DNA from: the human T2T-CHM13v2.0 reference genome, Homo sapiens
Assembly (NCBI GenBank): GCA_009914755.4
Contig: CP086569.2
Span: 21,600,001-21,664,000 of the forward strand
Length of the DNA stretch: 64,000 nt
Direction: 5' to 3'
Shown here: piece by piece, positions 41,001 to 54,889 of the stretch
Layout of the letters: each line of letters starts with the position of its first letter
Position numbering within the stretch: position 1 is the stretch's first letter
The notes under the pieces: generated by a model
Database searches by the model: none
What the model saw: the letters and a program-made list of their open reading frames with translations, nothing else
What the model was told of the DNA's origin: nothing
Position numbers and translations under genes: made by a program

Positions 41001-44000
41001 ATGCCTTTTTCAGAGGGTGTTTCATGCCTGCGTTTAAAGACAAAGGACCTTTGGGCCCAAGGTGTCAAGTTTGATGCCATGATGATGCTATTGCTGTCAT
41101 GAAGAAATAGTTTGGTTAGTGAGAGGATCTGTGGAAGATACAGGAGAAGAGTATTTTTACTTGTTTTGTTTTTGCTGTCTGTCTCCTGACCGTCAGCAGT
41201 ACCTGTTAACTACTGTGACTCCTTTAGCCCTGTTCTCAGAGTATACTACACAGGATGTATGTGAAAAGTGGAGGGCAGCAGGTAGGCTTTGAAGTGTGAA
41301 TAGGCCTTCTATGTGTTCACAGCTATAGAACTTGCTTGGACCTGGGTTACCTGGGATATTTGGAGCTAATGAGCCAGGGTGGAAAGGGGACAGAATTAGC
41401 TTTCGCTGGAAACATTTTAGAATCCCCGAGTAGGTTCAGGATGTCACATGCAAAAAATGTGCAGGACAGTTGGCTGACATGAATGCATTCAGCAGGCCAT
41501 GATGCAAAGACTTGCCTCATGAAGTTGGAGGGGCAGATTTTATTCTGAATAGGGAACAGTGATTATAATAGCGATATTGGTAATAGGGATCTTGGTAACT
41601 GTGTGTAGAGCCATTTGAGAGCTAGAGCATGGCATTTCAGAGTTCTTTTCTCATGTTATCAAGGACAGGATTTCTTAAATCTAGCAGGGAGTAGAGCTGG
41701 AGAGATTGAGAATGTCCACTAGTAGCCCTAGGTTTTGTAATACTGCTTTAGTAAGTGGTCACTGGAATTGCACTGTGAAAGATAAGGATTTCAAAGGCAG
41801 GAGAAAGGAGGAAGGGTACTGAAGATGGGATAGTAACTTTTAAAGGCAAATTGCAAGTTTCCCTTCTCCTAAATGGGGATGGAAGAGTGAAGTCAACAGA
41901 CAGGCTGTTTTCAAGTCTGGCCTCACTGGTGGCAGAGTATAGGCTCTGGAGTAGTGTTCTCTTTCTTATGATTTGGTCCCAAGGCCTTAGGAAGTATAAG
42001 AGGAAAACATGTTTTCTCTGCCTGCTTAGTCCTCAGCAGCTCTAGGACCTTATTTACTCGAGGCTTGAACAAGCCTGGATTCTTGGCCAATGCTCTGGTG
42101 CTTATGGACTGTAGCTTGGTAGTTTTCCACTTAGGAGTAGAAGGCAAAGAGAACAATGAGCTTCGATAATCATATTGTACCCCATCCACATGTATTCACC
42201 CGAAGCTGGCAGGTTAGTAACCCTCTGTGCCCTTAGTATGCCATTTATTGTCTGAGGCGATTCTGCTTGGCTGCTCAGTGAATCTCAAATTCAAATTAGG
42301 GATCAGGGAGCTAGGCAGTCTTCATTTCTGTGCTTAACTCCCTGGCCAAGAAAGCTGAAAATGATCTTGGGTTTGTATTTGTAGTGGTGGTAAATGTGAG
42401 CTGGTGTTGGTAAACAAACTGACCACTTACTGAAGAGAGTGCCTGGGGGGGTTGTGTCAACTGTGAACTTTTGAGGTAGAGAGAAGAGAGTGCACTCATT
42501 AGATTGACTGCCTAGGAGCCAGGCCTTAACATGGATAAGTGGGCTTGGATATGCCTGGCTGGTGAATTCCAGATTTACCTTAACTAATAGAGTTAATATG
42601 GCCTAAGTTCCACATGTGGAGTGTCGTCACTGTCTTGGACTGCTGGGTTATATTAAATGGCCTCACATCTCCATAGCGCCTTGAATAGTGTTGGATCAGT
42701 AGTAGCAGCAGAAATAATATTAGCTGGCGTTAACTGCTTTGCTAGGTCCTTTATGTTCCTTCATCTTATAAATGTATTACATCTAGGACTGTGCAGTTAT
42801 TACTCCCATCTTATCCTCTGAAGCTTAAGGGGACAGTATTTGAACTTGGGGACTTTTTATAGGAGTGGAGCCCAAGATCTGGCTACTTTTCTCACCATGT
42901 TTCTTTCCACACCTCCTAGGCAGGTCAAAAGCAATGACAGAGACAAGCTGGCAACTCTAGTCAGTCCTGAGAGCCCAAAGATGAGGGAGAGAGTGCAACA
43001 TCTGTAGAGGAAATGCAGGAGCTGATTTAGAAAAAAAAAAAAAAGTATTGGCTCTTGGAGTTCATTTATTGTGCCCTTCTTGGAGGTTTTCTCTCATCTT
43101 TTCTTGGGGGGTTTTCTGTTACCTGGCACTCTACGTTTGTCCTTGTCATTTTCACATTTACCCAAAACTTGCCCTGAGAAGCTTTTTCTCCCAGCAAAGC
43201 TAAAAGAAAACCCATTTTGTTACTTCTGAGCAGTGACACTCTGTGGGGAGCCCGTGGTACATAGGATGGGCAGTAACAACCACAAATGGGTTATGTTCAT
43301 TTGAGATTACGAAGTATACCATTTGAAGCCCCTGAAAATTGTTTCTGGAACATAATGGGGCTTGGCTAACTGTTGGGATGATACACGTACTTGGTATGAG
43401 ACATTTTGAACAGCTTCTGCTGTTAGATGTCATTTGAACAGCACCAGAGCTCAAGGAGCTAAGGCAAGTAGATAATGGGATGTGACCCTTAAAAATCAGG
43501 TGAGGAAGAGCAGCATTGTGTATGGAAGGTATCTAGCTGCCTGGAAAAGCTGTTTTTACCTAACCTGGTCATCAAAGCGTCATGTTTTTAGCAGTGGTAG
43601 AGTTAAGTTTGTTGCTAGGGCACCATGTAGCCACCTTTCCAGAGTTGCAAGATGAGAGTTCTCTCGGGAAAAACATCCCTGAGGAGAAAGTGATAGACCA
43701 GTCGGTTGAGTCTGTGTTACCACTCAGATGTACAGGCAACAAGCTTAGCCTGTGATAAAGGACCGGAAGTTAGTTCAGCTGAGTACTCCTCCAGGAGCCA
43801 CCAGAGGGTTCTGAAACAGATTCCCCCTTGGGGAGGTTTCCCAGATGTCTCAATTACTAAATCAGTATGGCAGACCATCAGCTCTGTGACTGGTTAATAT
43901 AGTTTTTCCAAGAGCACTCCCTCTGACTAAGGAAATGTTGAAAATTGGTGGGATTAATAATGACTGGGTGACTGCTTTGGGCTGAGTTTGTGTTTACATG

Positions 44001-44027
44001 CTAAATTGGTTTTCCTTATGTGTATAG

Positions 44028-44387
<360 letters not shown>

Positions 44388-46189
44388 TGATGCTGAATAG
44401 TGGTGTGACGTCCCTTTGGGCTACATCCAACAGCCTGGCCTTTTTCAAGAATGTAAACCATAGCTGTGTAAACTCGGTGTCCATTTGGTTTGTCATGAGA
44501 GGGGAACTTTGTTTTAAATGTGTAAATTTTATGTGTATTCCTTGAGTTGAAGGGCTGAAGTTGTCCAGATAACCTCAAACTAGTGATGAGGAAAAGATGT
44601 GTCTGCAGATTTGTTTCTCCTCCCTACACCCCAGGCTCTGACTCCTGACAGCTTTACACCCAAGTGCTTGCTAGCATCTGATGTGCTAATGAAGTGAAAT
44701 ATTTTGCCCAGTGTGTTTAACAGAAATTTCTAGAAATGCAGAAACACTGAAAAAATAGGATAGGCACAACAAACAATGACAACTCCTTTTTCTGCCTATC
44801 TTTGATGACTTTGCACTTCGTTCTGTTGCTTAAGTGCATCCCCACAATCCCCACTTGGACCCTGATTTAAGACCCAGCCAAAGTCGTCAGTTGCCTTGCT
44901 GTTTAAAGACCCCAAGCTGGCTGTCTTGAATTCAGTACTCCACACGCTGAAGCTGTCTGATTGTTGTCTGACCTCTATGACCTTGTGCCTGTGCTGCCTG
45001 AACTCCTGGTATTTACTGTTGAACTGGAAATGTTAGGCAAGAATGTTTGGCTGTGAAAGTTGAGAGGCCTTCCCATTAGGGGAAAACATTGAGAGAGGGG
45101 ATATTAAACTGGATGTTTCATGCTTACGATGTCTAAACCTGTTGATTTCAGTGTGACCACAAAAGAGATAACTAGACATCATGCATCTCCCAGTAGTGGC
45201 AGTGCACAGTACCATTCAGGAAGTATTCTTGTCAAAGAATCAATACAAACTTGGATAAAGGGAGAAAAGAAAGCATGTATATATTGGAAGAAGCTTAAGA
45301 CATCTAGCAGTCATCTGCAGAGTGACTTAGCTTTTTGAGAGGCTTGCCAAAATACTTCAAGTTCAAATGATTTGATACTGGCCATTTGTTTCTAAGTGAT
45401 CCAATGCAGGACTACATGGATAAAGATGAATCAATGCTGGCCATGAGTTTTCAAATGTTTTGAAACTGGAGAGTGGATAGGTAGGAGCGTATTATGCTTG
45501 TCTGTCAACTTTTGCATACCTTTGAGAATAATTTTTAAAACGGACATGGACTTCCTATCTCCAATTAAATGGAATATTTGCCATTTGTTTATTAAATGAA
45601 TTTCCCTGTTAAAATTCAACAGATTATTCTCCCCCACCTAACTCTATTTGAAATATATAGATCTTTGTTTTACATGAAATGCTTGGTTTGCTTGTTTATT
45701 ACTTGCTTATTAAGTTTAATCCTGGGAGTTTACATAAAATAATTTCACAGAGCCAATATTTCTGGTAAGAAGAAACCAACTGAATAAGGGCAAAGGTTTC
45801 TTTATAGTTCTTGGTTTGTTTGGTTTAAAATGCCTAAGTAATTTTTAATTATGTTTAAAAAAAAAGATACATCATGAATTACCATCTTAATTATTTTTAA
45901 CGGTATGGATCATTAGTGTTAACTATATTTACATTGTTGTGTGGCAGATCTCCAGAATGCCTACATCTTGTAAAACTGAAACTCTGCCCATTAAACAACT
46001 CTGCCACTTCCTCCTCCCCATAGCCCCCAACAACCACCGTCCCACTCTTTGCTTCTGTGAATTTGACTCCTTTGGGTTTGTCTTAATAAGTGGAAATCAT
46101 AGTGATTGTCTTTGTTTGACTAGTTTACTTTGCAGTGTCCTCAAGGTTCATCATCCATGTTCTGGCATGTGACAGTATTTCCTTCCTCT

Positions 46190-48660
46190 TTCTGAGGCAG
46201 AATAATACTAAATTGTGTGTACACCACATTTTGTTTATCTGTTCTTCTGGATGGGCATTTCGGTTGCCACCACCTCTTGACTATTGTGAGTAATGTTGCT
46301 GCGGACACAGCTGTGCAGATAACTCTCCCAGATCCTGTTGGATGTTTTTATGTATATACTCAGAAGTGGGATTGCTGGATCATATGTGATAATTTTACAA
46401 TTTTTGAGTAATTTTTGTGCTGCTTTTCATAGCAGCCCCACTGTTTTACATTCTCCCCAACAGTGCAGAAGAGTTTCAGTTTCTCCACATTCCTGCCCAT
46501 ACTTTGCTTTTGTTTGCTTTTTATATTTTTTTCTTTTTTCTTTCTTGACAACCCTGATAGGCATGAGGTCATATCTCTTTAGTTTTTGTTGTTGTTCTTT
46601 TAAATTTGGGTTTCTGTGATAAGTAGAGATATTGAGCATCTTTTTGTGTGCTTGTATGTCTTTAGAGAAAGGTCTCATTCGAGCCCTTTGCCCAGTATTT
46701 AGTCAGGTTGTTTCTTGGTATTATTGCATTATAGGAGTTCTTTAGATATTATCAGATGTAAGATTTGCGGATATTTTCTCTCATTCGTTTGGTTGCCTTT
46801 TCACCCTTACTGATTGTTTCCTTTGATTGGCAGGCAATTTTGAATTTGTGTATTTTTGCTTTTGGTGTCATATCCAAGAAATCATGTCCCTAATATCATG
46901 AAGCTTGTGGTCCTCTGTTTTTGGCTGTGGTGCTTTATAGTTTGAGGCCTTACGTTGAATCCATTTAGAATTGATTTTTTGTATGGTGTAAGGTAAAGTC
47001 TTCCCCATGTTGTTCTTTTACATGGGGACCTAGTTTCACCAACACCATTTGTTGAAGCAACTGTCCTTTCTCCATTGAGAGTTCTGGGCACCCTTGTTGA
47101 AGATCATTTGGCCATATACCCTTAGGTTTATTTCTGGGCTCTATTTTCTTCCTTTTGTTGTTTGTCTTTTATGCTAATAAAAGACTGTTGGATTGCTGTC
47201 ATTTTCATTTTGTATTGTGTGTCAAATCAGAATGTGTGAGTTACCTAACTTTGTGCCTGCCTGCCTGCCTACCTGCCTGCCTTCTCACTCTGTGTCATCC
47301 AGGCTGGAGTGCAGTTGTTCGATCACTACTTACTGCAGCCTCAACTTCCCTAGGCTTAGATAATTCTCCTGCCTCAGTGTCCTGAGTAGCTAGGACCACA
47401 GGCACATGCCCTGCCACACCTGGCTAATTTTTGTATTGTTGTCATAGAAATGGGGTTTTGCCATGTTGTTTACATTGGTCTTGAACTCCTGGGCTCAGGT
47501 GATCAACCTGCTTCTGTCTCCCAAAGTGCTGTGATTACAGGCGGGAGTTACCACACCCAGCCTAGGTTTTGTCCCTTTTGTTAATCTTTTTTTTTTTTCA
47601 AATCAACTCTTAGCTTTTTTCCGGTTTTTTTTTTTTCTCTTATGTCTGCTCCAATCTTTATTTAATTTCCTTCCTTCTGCTAACCTTGGGTTTTTCTATT
47701 CTTTTTCTAGTTTCTTGTGATCTAGTTAGGTTTTGGTTTGAGGTCTTCTTTTGTAACATAAGCATTTTTGAGCTGCCTTGTCTTATGTGACAGTTTTTGA
47801 CTTACAGTCTATTTTGTCTGACCAAGTTTGGTCAGCCCCTGCCCTCTTTTGGTTACCATTTGCCTGGAACATCAGCTTTAGTCCTACACTTTTAGCCTAT
47901 GTGTGTCATTAAATCTAAAACTGGTCTTTTGTTAGTAGCATATAATTGTACCTTGGTTGGTTGGTTGGTTTTATTCATTTAGCTAGTCTTTGTCCTAAGA
48001 TTGGGGTGGGGAGTTAATTTATTTATAGTCAATAATTACTGTTAAGGAAGGCATTAGTGTAGCTCTGTTGCTAACTATTTTCTGTTATGTTCTGTAGATA
48101 TTTTGTCCCTATTTTTTCTCCCTTATTACCTGCCTTTTGTGTTTTAAAGAATACTTTGAATCCTTTCTCATTTTATTGTATCTGTCCTTCCTTGGTTATT
48201 TTCTTCCTGGTTACCAAGGGAATTACATAAATTATCTTAAATTGAAAACAATCTGTTTTCAGCTGTTAATTCCATCTCCATACCTCCTCAGACCAACTTT
48301 GTTATTGATGCCACATGTTAATCTTTTTCTATTGTGTACCCATTTACATTGGTTTATGGTGGTTCTTATGCTTTCATGTTTTAAATTTTATACCAGACTT
48401 AAAAGTGATTTGTAAACCATTATGATTTTCTATTTTTCTGTATATTTACCTTTACCAGAGATCTTTATATTTTCATATGGTTTTGTGTCTAATGTCTTTT
48501 TCTTGGACACTTGAAGGATTCCCTTCAGCATTTCTTGTAGGGCAAGCCTAGTGCCTTTTGTTTATCTGGGAAGGTCTTATTTTCTTCAATTTTGAAGGAC
48601 AGCTTTGCTGGAAATGGTATTCTTGTGAGGACTGAACTCTGATTTTAATCTTGCCTAAAT
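46190..48660 (-). mobile_element. Old L1 (L1M/L1P-type) 3' portion in reverse orientation within intron 5. It is split by the Alu at 47283-47563 and preceded by a (CTGC)n-like run at 47245-47282.
   Basis: Windows such as 'cattctccccaacagtgcagaagagtttcagtttctccacattcctgcc', 'ggtcatatctctttagtttttgttgttgttcttttaaatttgggtttctgtgataagtagagatattgagcatctttttgtgtgcttgtatg' and '..cccttcagcatttcttgtagggcaagcctagtgcc..aaggacagctttgctggaaatggtattcttg' match the reverse complement of L1 ORF2/3' sequence. Confidence 0.75.
47283..47563 (-). mobile_element. Old Alu (reverse) inserted in the L1.
   Basis: 'tctcactctgtgtcatccaggctggagtgcagttgttcgatcactacttactgcagcctcaacttccc...gctgtgattacaggcgggagttaccacacccagcc'. 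Confidence 0.8.
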
Positions 48661-49560
48661 TCCTATCTAAGGCGTCTTGGGAATCATGCCCTACAAATGG
48701 GCATGACTTATCATCAGATGGGTTTTATTTTAACCCTACATATCATGACTTACTTTCCAGCCTGACACTGGCATAACATTTCGAGACAATGAAGAAAATT
48801 AAAATATTTTACCTCAAAGCATGTTTCTTTGCCATATTTTGAAATGGCCCTGCAAAACTGTTCCTTGTGAGGGGGAAATCTGTATTTGTAAAGAGTCTCT
48901 CTTCACGTAGCTAGATCTTTTTCTTCTAAATCTTTTCAATCTTAAAGAGATTAACTAAAATTTGAATCGGAAACATTTGTCATCTCTTGTCTCTGAGGGC
49001 AGCCATTATAAGACTTCCTCAACTTTGATCTCCACCATCTTTTATCTTAACTAAAACATTCCCTGTCTGTCAATCCCAGGTCTTTAGGCAAACTCAACTT
49101 AGGGAAACCAGTTGCCAACCAGAAAATGCTGAAATTCACCAATAGCCTGGACCACCCCACCCCACTTTGAGTTGTCCGCCCTTTCTGGACCAAACCAATG
49201 TGTTTCTTAAATGTATTTGATGTCTCATGCCCTTCTAAAGTGTATAAAACCGAGCTGTGTCCTGACCACTTTGGGCACGTGTTCTCAGGACCTCCTAAGA
49301 GCTGTGTCATGGACCATGGTCGCTCGTATTTGGCTCAGAATAAATCTCTTCAAATATTTTACAGAGTTAGACTCTTTTCATTGACACTTGAAGTATGTCA
49401 TCCCTCTATCTTCTGGATGGCAGAGTTATCAGAGATTATCAGAAAAGTGCTTATCTAGCAGGAGCTTCCTTGTACATGATTCTTTCCCAGATTCTTTCTC
49501 TGTGATGTGACACTTTGATTATATTGTCTCTTGATGTGTGTCTCTTTGGGCTTATTCTAG
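48660..49560 (+). mobile_element. Putative solitary ERV LTR (U3-R-like). Family not assigned.
   Basis: TATA-like 'gtgtataaaaccgagctgtgtcctgac' is followed ~75 nt later by 'cagaataaatctcttcaaat', a polyadenylation signal typical of an LTR R region. The block sits between L1 pieces. Confidence 0.3.
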
Positions 49561-49624
49561 TTGGAGTTCAGCTTCTTGAATTTCTATGTCCATCTTCTTT
49601 CTCCCAACTGGGGAGTTTGGGCCT

Positions 49625-49908
49625 CTTTTTTTTTTTTTTTTTTTTTTTTTGAGATGGAGTCTTGTTCTATTGCCCAGGCTGGAGTGCAGTGGCTCCTTCT
49701 GGGTTCACGCCATTCTCCTGCCTCAGCCTCCCTAGTAGCTGGGACTACAGGTGCCCACCACTGCACTCTGCTGATTTTTTGTATTTTTAGTAGAGATGGG
49801 GTTTCACCGTGTTAGCCAGGATGGTCTCAATCTCCTGACCTCGTAATCCGCCCACCTTGGCCTCCCAAAAGTGCTGGGATTACAGGTGTAAGCCACCGCA
49901 CCCGGGCC
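49625..49908 (-). mobile_element. Alu (reverse; young-type 'ccgtgttagccaggatggtctc', with a small internal deletion in the right arm).
   Basis: Poly-T(~27) then 'gagatggagtcttgttctattgcccaggctggagtgcagtggctccttctgggttcacgccattctcctgcctcagcctccctagtagctgggactacaggtgcccaccac'. Confidence 0.9.
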
Positions 49909-50632
49909 ATTATTATTTTTCTAGAAGGCCTTCTGCCCCTCCCGCTCTGTCTCCCAAATTCCCTTGTCATATTCTCTGTTTCTGTCTCTTCTCCTTCTAG
50001 GACTCTTGTAATTTGTGTATTGTCTTGTAATTTGTGTATTGTTCCTCTTGATGTTGTCTCATACTCCCTTCCTTAGGCTCACCTTTCTTTGTTATTTTTT
50101 TTCTTTTTGCTCCTCTGACTTGTTAATTTCAATGGCCTGTCTTCAAGTTTGCAAATTCTTCCTGAACCTGTGAATTTTTCAATTCAGTTTAAAGGTATTC
50201 GGCTCCAGTTTGATTATGGGTATTTGTTGTGGGTTTCCTTTACTTTGTTGATAACTCTCATGTTTATGCGTTGTTTTTCTGATTTTGTTTGTCTATCTGT
50301 GTTCCCTTAGTTTGATGTGCATCTTTAAGATGGTTAGTTTGAATTCTTTTTCAGGTAACTCATAGATCATCATTTGTTTAGGCTTATTTTTCTAGAGAAA
50401 AACGGCCACCTCTCCCAATCTCTACCAGGTATCTTCATACAGGGACGATGACTTTCACCAGTCAGCCAGGCCAGAGGTTCTGGGGATCTCTCAACTAGGG
50501 ACTTGGGTGTGCGCTTTCCTGGTTGAGCTTCTGTGAAGACCCTAATCTCTTTCATTCCCTGATGCCTGTCTGTGTAGTACGGCCTCTCTGGTGCTGTAAC
50601 AACTGTCCCGTCCCCCCAGCACCTGCAGATCT

Positions 50633-50937
50633 TTGTTTTTTTTGTTTGTTTGTTGTTTTTGAGGCACAGTCTTGCTGTGTCACCTAGCCTGGAGTGTAGT
50701 GGCTTAATCTCAACTGCAACCTCTGCCTCCTAGGTTCAATCATTCTCCTGCCTCAGACTCCGAAGTAGGTGGTATTCCAGGCACGCACCACCATGCCTAC
50801 CTAATTTTTTGTATTTTTAGTTAGAGACAGAGTTTCACCATATTGACCAGGCTGGTCTTTAACCGCTGGCCTCAAGTGATCAGTCCACCACAGCCTCCCA
50901 AAGTGCTAGGATTACAGGCCCGAGCCACCGCACCCCA
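50633..50937 (-). mobile_element. Alu (reverse).
   Basis: 'gaggcacagtcttgctgtgtcacctagcctggagtgtagtggcttaatctcaactgcaacctctgcctcctaggttcaatcattctcctgcctcagactccgaagtaggtgg'. Confidence 0.85.
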
Positions 50938-52149
50938 CCTGCATGTCTTGTCTTCTTTCTCTGAGTCCCTCAGCCTGGGTGTCCAAACTACCTTCCTTGT
51001 CAGTATTGACTCAGGTAAGACAGAAAGCAGTTTGTCAGGCAGGTTTTGACCCCTTGAAAAGCCAGAATGTCGCATGAATGGTTCACATTTCTCTTTCCTT
51101 CCTGTGGGAGATGCCAGGATTTTGGATTTTTTTTTTTTTTTCCCAAATGTGTTACGCGGTGCTGGGGAAGTGGAACATGTTGTGCAGGTAAAATGCCACA
51201 AATGTTTCTATTGGTCTAGTGCTGCTTTTCTTGGCTTTGCACTGGCCTGGGGTCCTGCAGCCTCTTATCTGATTGGTGGAGTGTTCACCAATGCAGTTTG
51301 GTTGTATATGTTATTGTGAAATCTGTGTGTCCAGTCGGAGGGAGAGCCTGGGGCCTCCTCTTGTGCCATTTTGCAGATGTCTGCTGTGTTATTTTTTTGA
51401 CATTTTAGTTTTTATTTGTTTCCTTGGTGGTTTTGAAATAAAGCCACATCTGGTTCTGTTAATTTTAAGTGGTTGTGCTCGTGATTACAGTGTGCATATT
51501 GAAACCACCCAAGCTCAGGATTAACCACCTTCTTTATCCTCCTCTGGGGCAGTAGCAGGATGTGGGTGGGAATATGCTATCTGTTTCTCTCCTTACCTTT
51601 CTTGAGATTTTTGACGGGTTTCATGCATCTGGGTTGGCATCATTCTAGAAAATTATGTTTTCACATACTGCTTTGTCCCTAACCTTCCTCTCACCTTGGT
51701 TTTCGGGACTTGCATTTAACTTGTATTAGAGCTTCTCACAGTAGACCCAGTCACCCGGTCTTCTCTGTTTTTCATCCTTTGTCTTTCCATGGTGCATCAT
51801 GAGCATATCTTCCCAGCAACCTTCTCTTTTTCTGATTCTCTCTTCAACCAATTGTAGGCTGTTTCTTTAAACCCATTCCTTTCCATTCTTAATTTTGTTC
51901 ACTAAATTTTCATTACTTGATTTTCAAATCCACTAGGTCACTCTACAAAGGTGGGCTTCTTGTGATTTACATTAGTTTTGTTCTGTTTTGTTTTGCTTTT
52001 GTCCTTGTAGACTCTTTCAAGGCAGTTCCAAGTTCTGCATTTGGTTTGATGCTGTGTTGATGATGGTGGTTCTTTATCATGGTATCTTAGTTCCTTCCAT
52101 GCTAGACACTATATGTAAAGTGTTGTTAGTAAGAACAATATGAGGTCAA

Positions 52150-52431
52150 TTTTTTTTTTTTTTGAGACAGAGTCTTGCTCTGTTTGGAGTGCAATGACCC
52201 AGCCTCGGCACACTACAACCTCTGCCTCTCGGGTTCAAGCGATTCTCCTGCCTCAGCCTTCCGCGAGGCTGAGGTGCCCACCACCACACTGGGCTAATTT
52301 TTGTATTTGTGGTAGAGATGGGGTTTCACCATGTTGGCCAAGCTTGTCTTGAACTCCTGTCCTCAGGTGAACCGCCCGCCTCAACTCCCCAGAGTGCTGG
52401 GATTACAAACATGAGCATTTGCGCCTGGCTA
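52150..52431 (-). mobile_element. Alu (reverse).
   Basis: 'ttttttttttttttgagacagagtcttgctctgtttggagtgcaatgacccagcctcggcacactacaacctctgcctctcgggttcaagcgattctcctgcctcagcc'. Confidence 0.85.
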
Positions 52432-54731
52432 AATCCTGTATTTTGTTAGTAGGAAAACAGGGTTGTTTTTGGGCTCATGTGTTTGTGAGGGTCCTGCCTT
52501 TGGGGTCCATCTAATGGTGGGAAGGGTCTCCTGTTACAGCCTTCACTCAAGAGACTGAACCTGGGGCTTTGATTTCTATTCCACTGTCTTTGTGAGGCCA
52601 TCAGAAAGAAAGCAGAGTCTCACAACAAAAGTCAACATTAGTTTCCACTCAGTCTGTTTTTCTGAGGGTTGTCTGATAGACATAAAGAATATATCTGACA
52701 CATTCAAGAATTACAGTTATTCTTGTGAAGGGTCTTAGCTTTCAACCTACATTTACTAGTGTGCCCTAGTGGGAACTTTTGTAAATGTCAGGGGCTTTTT
52801 ATTGGAACTTAACACACCTTGAAAGAATGAGTGTTCTCATCAATTTATACCCTTTCTTCACTTTTAGAAGCAGTGACAAACAAGTGAAGGGAAGGAACTA
52901 TTAACAGTTTGAATCTTACCGTGATTAACTTAGTTCTATTTTTTCCCTATGCATACTAAGTCCATAGTGTTCCCACCTAAGGACTCTGGAAAATGAACTA
53001 AAAACCTTTGTGGACCTTATTATTGACATAAGCAGCATGAGGCATTTCTGCTGCTCTTTCCCAAGTACTGATTTTCTTTTACAGGAGTCTCTGCAATTGG
53101 GTCTTTTCTATGAGGAACAAAACACCAAGCTTTCACTGGCATTTCATCTCACCTCTTTTTTGGGTGTCATCTTCTGCTTATCACGTAGAACAAACATGCA
53201 TTTTGTTACTGAGCAGGCGTTTTTATCCAGATCTTCCTAAACTGCCCTAAAGCATAGTGTACAAAAGTTTTTTGTAACTGAGGGTGTTTGGTGCTGCTCG
53301 TTTACTGTCTTCTCAGTGGTTGCCACAAGGACCCCAAAGAACTGGCCAAGTACACTGACCTAAGAAGCAAAATCTTGGGCTGTTTATGTGATTTTTCTTA
53401 TATTTCAGATAGGGGTCTGTGGGTACTTTCTTGTGACTTACCTGAACATTATTGGGTATCCATACCATCTGGAATAAATGCGATACCAGCACTTACACAA
53501 AATTACTTTCAAATCACTTCTCTGACTCTCAGTACAGTTGTTAATGCTGAGGTAAAACCATTGGTCCTTTTAATTCCTGTGGCTTCTCACCATGCCAAAC
53601 ACATATTTCCCGCTGGCCCTGGATTTCTGTTAAAAATCTGTATTTTGGATCAACAAATGTCTGTGGTAGGGACGGTCAAACTGCAGAAATCTCTTTGTTC
53701 ATTGGAAATCTCTTTGTTCATTGTCAAATCGAAGAATTTTTACTCTGAACATAATTTTAATTTTCTTTTATCCCAGAGGCTTATCTTTAAGACCCTCAGG
53801 TTGAGTTGGTTTCTTCTTTTTCCCATTAGTTTTTGAGAGCTCAATAAGTGTTTGTGCTCTTGATTTATGTTTTTCCCCTTGATTTATAGGTTATAATTTC
53901 AAATTTATCCTGGAGTATTTTAGGCTAGGTTACTAGTTTGTGTTTTGTTTTGTTGGCATTAAGACAGGGCTGCATTCTCTGGCTTTGGTGTGTCTTCATT
54001 TTAAAAAAAAGGACGTGTCCTTGTTTTTTTTTTCCTTTTTTTTAAATGTGTCTTCACATAAAAAAGTGGACTTATGGCTGAGTCTTTATTAGCAGTGGTT
54101 TGAGGAAACTTTTTCTTAAAACATGCTTATTCTGTGATAAAACTTCCTTGACATGGTGGCCTGTGCCCTATATAGGATGCTTATATTAGGTGGTTATGTC
54201 CCACAAAAATAAGTCCAGATATCTGAAATGAACACTATTCTTCCAGGAGCCCTGTGACAGCCCTCAGAACATTGGAAGTTTCCCCCTCTAGAGATTGGAT
54301 TAGCTAGCAGTCCAGTTAAAGGCCTTTCGTTATTGTCTAGTGTCTTTCTGATTAGCCTGAATTTCTCTAGTTCTCCCTCCCTCTCAGTCAATCATTCTTC
54401 TTTCTTCCCACCCAGTACTCTTCCATGCCATCTTTGTCCCCCCCAAAAATGATTATTTATTCAACCTTTGAAGAATTATTGTTGGACAAACAGTGCAGGG
54501 AAAGCTTGTCATTGGAAAAATCCTTAGGGGCTTGCCTTAAAACGCTGACTGCAGTCTACTTCACAAAAAGCATGTTCATAGTGACAAGAGTTCTTGACAT
54601 TACAATTTTGTAATGATGCTCCATTTTTTGGTCCCGGTGAGCCTGTCTGTGGTAAATTGGTTTTAAAGGACAGCAGGCCTCTATCTGGTTTTAAAATGAC
54701 TCCTCTCCTGTTTATTTTCCTTTCCCTCTAG

Positions 54732-54889
54732 GCAATGTATGTATGGTGATTGCTGGAGCTAACCTCGGTCGTGTTGGTGTGATCACAAACAGGGAAAGAC
54801 ATCCTGGTTCTTGCGATGTGGTACATGTGAAGGATGCCAACGGCAACAGCTTTGCCACAAGGATTTCCAACATTTTTGTCATTGGCAAT
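54732..54889 (+). CDS. RPS4Y2: RPS4Y-family exon 6: (G)[52 protein letters not shown].
   Basis: Acceptor tccctctag| at 54729-54731. Donor aat|gtaaga at 54890. Unusual F->C in 'PGSCDV'. Y-type 'VIGNGNKPW' across the junction. Confidence 0.92.

Noticed and set aside
53288-53836. Longest ORF in the window (182 aa, + strand).
   Set aside because: It is AT-rich and low-complexity ('...LIPVASHHAKHIFPAGPGFLLKICILDQ...') and sits in intronic, repeat-derived sequence. I recognise no protein family, and it contains a 19-bp tandem duplication. It is a chance ORF.
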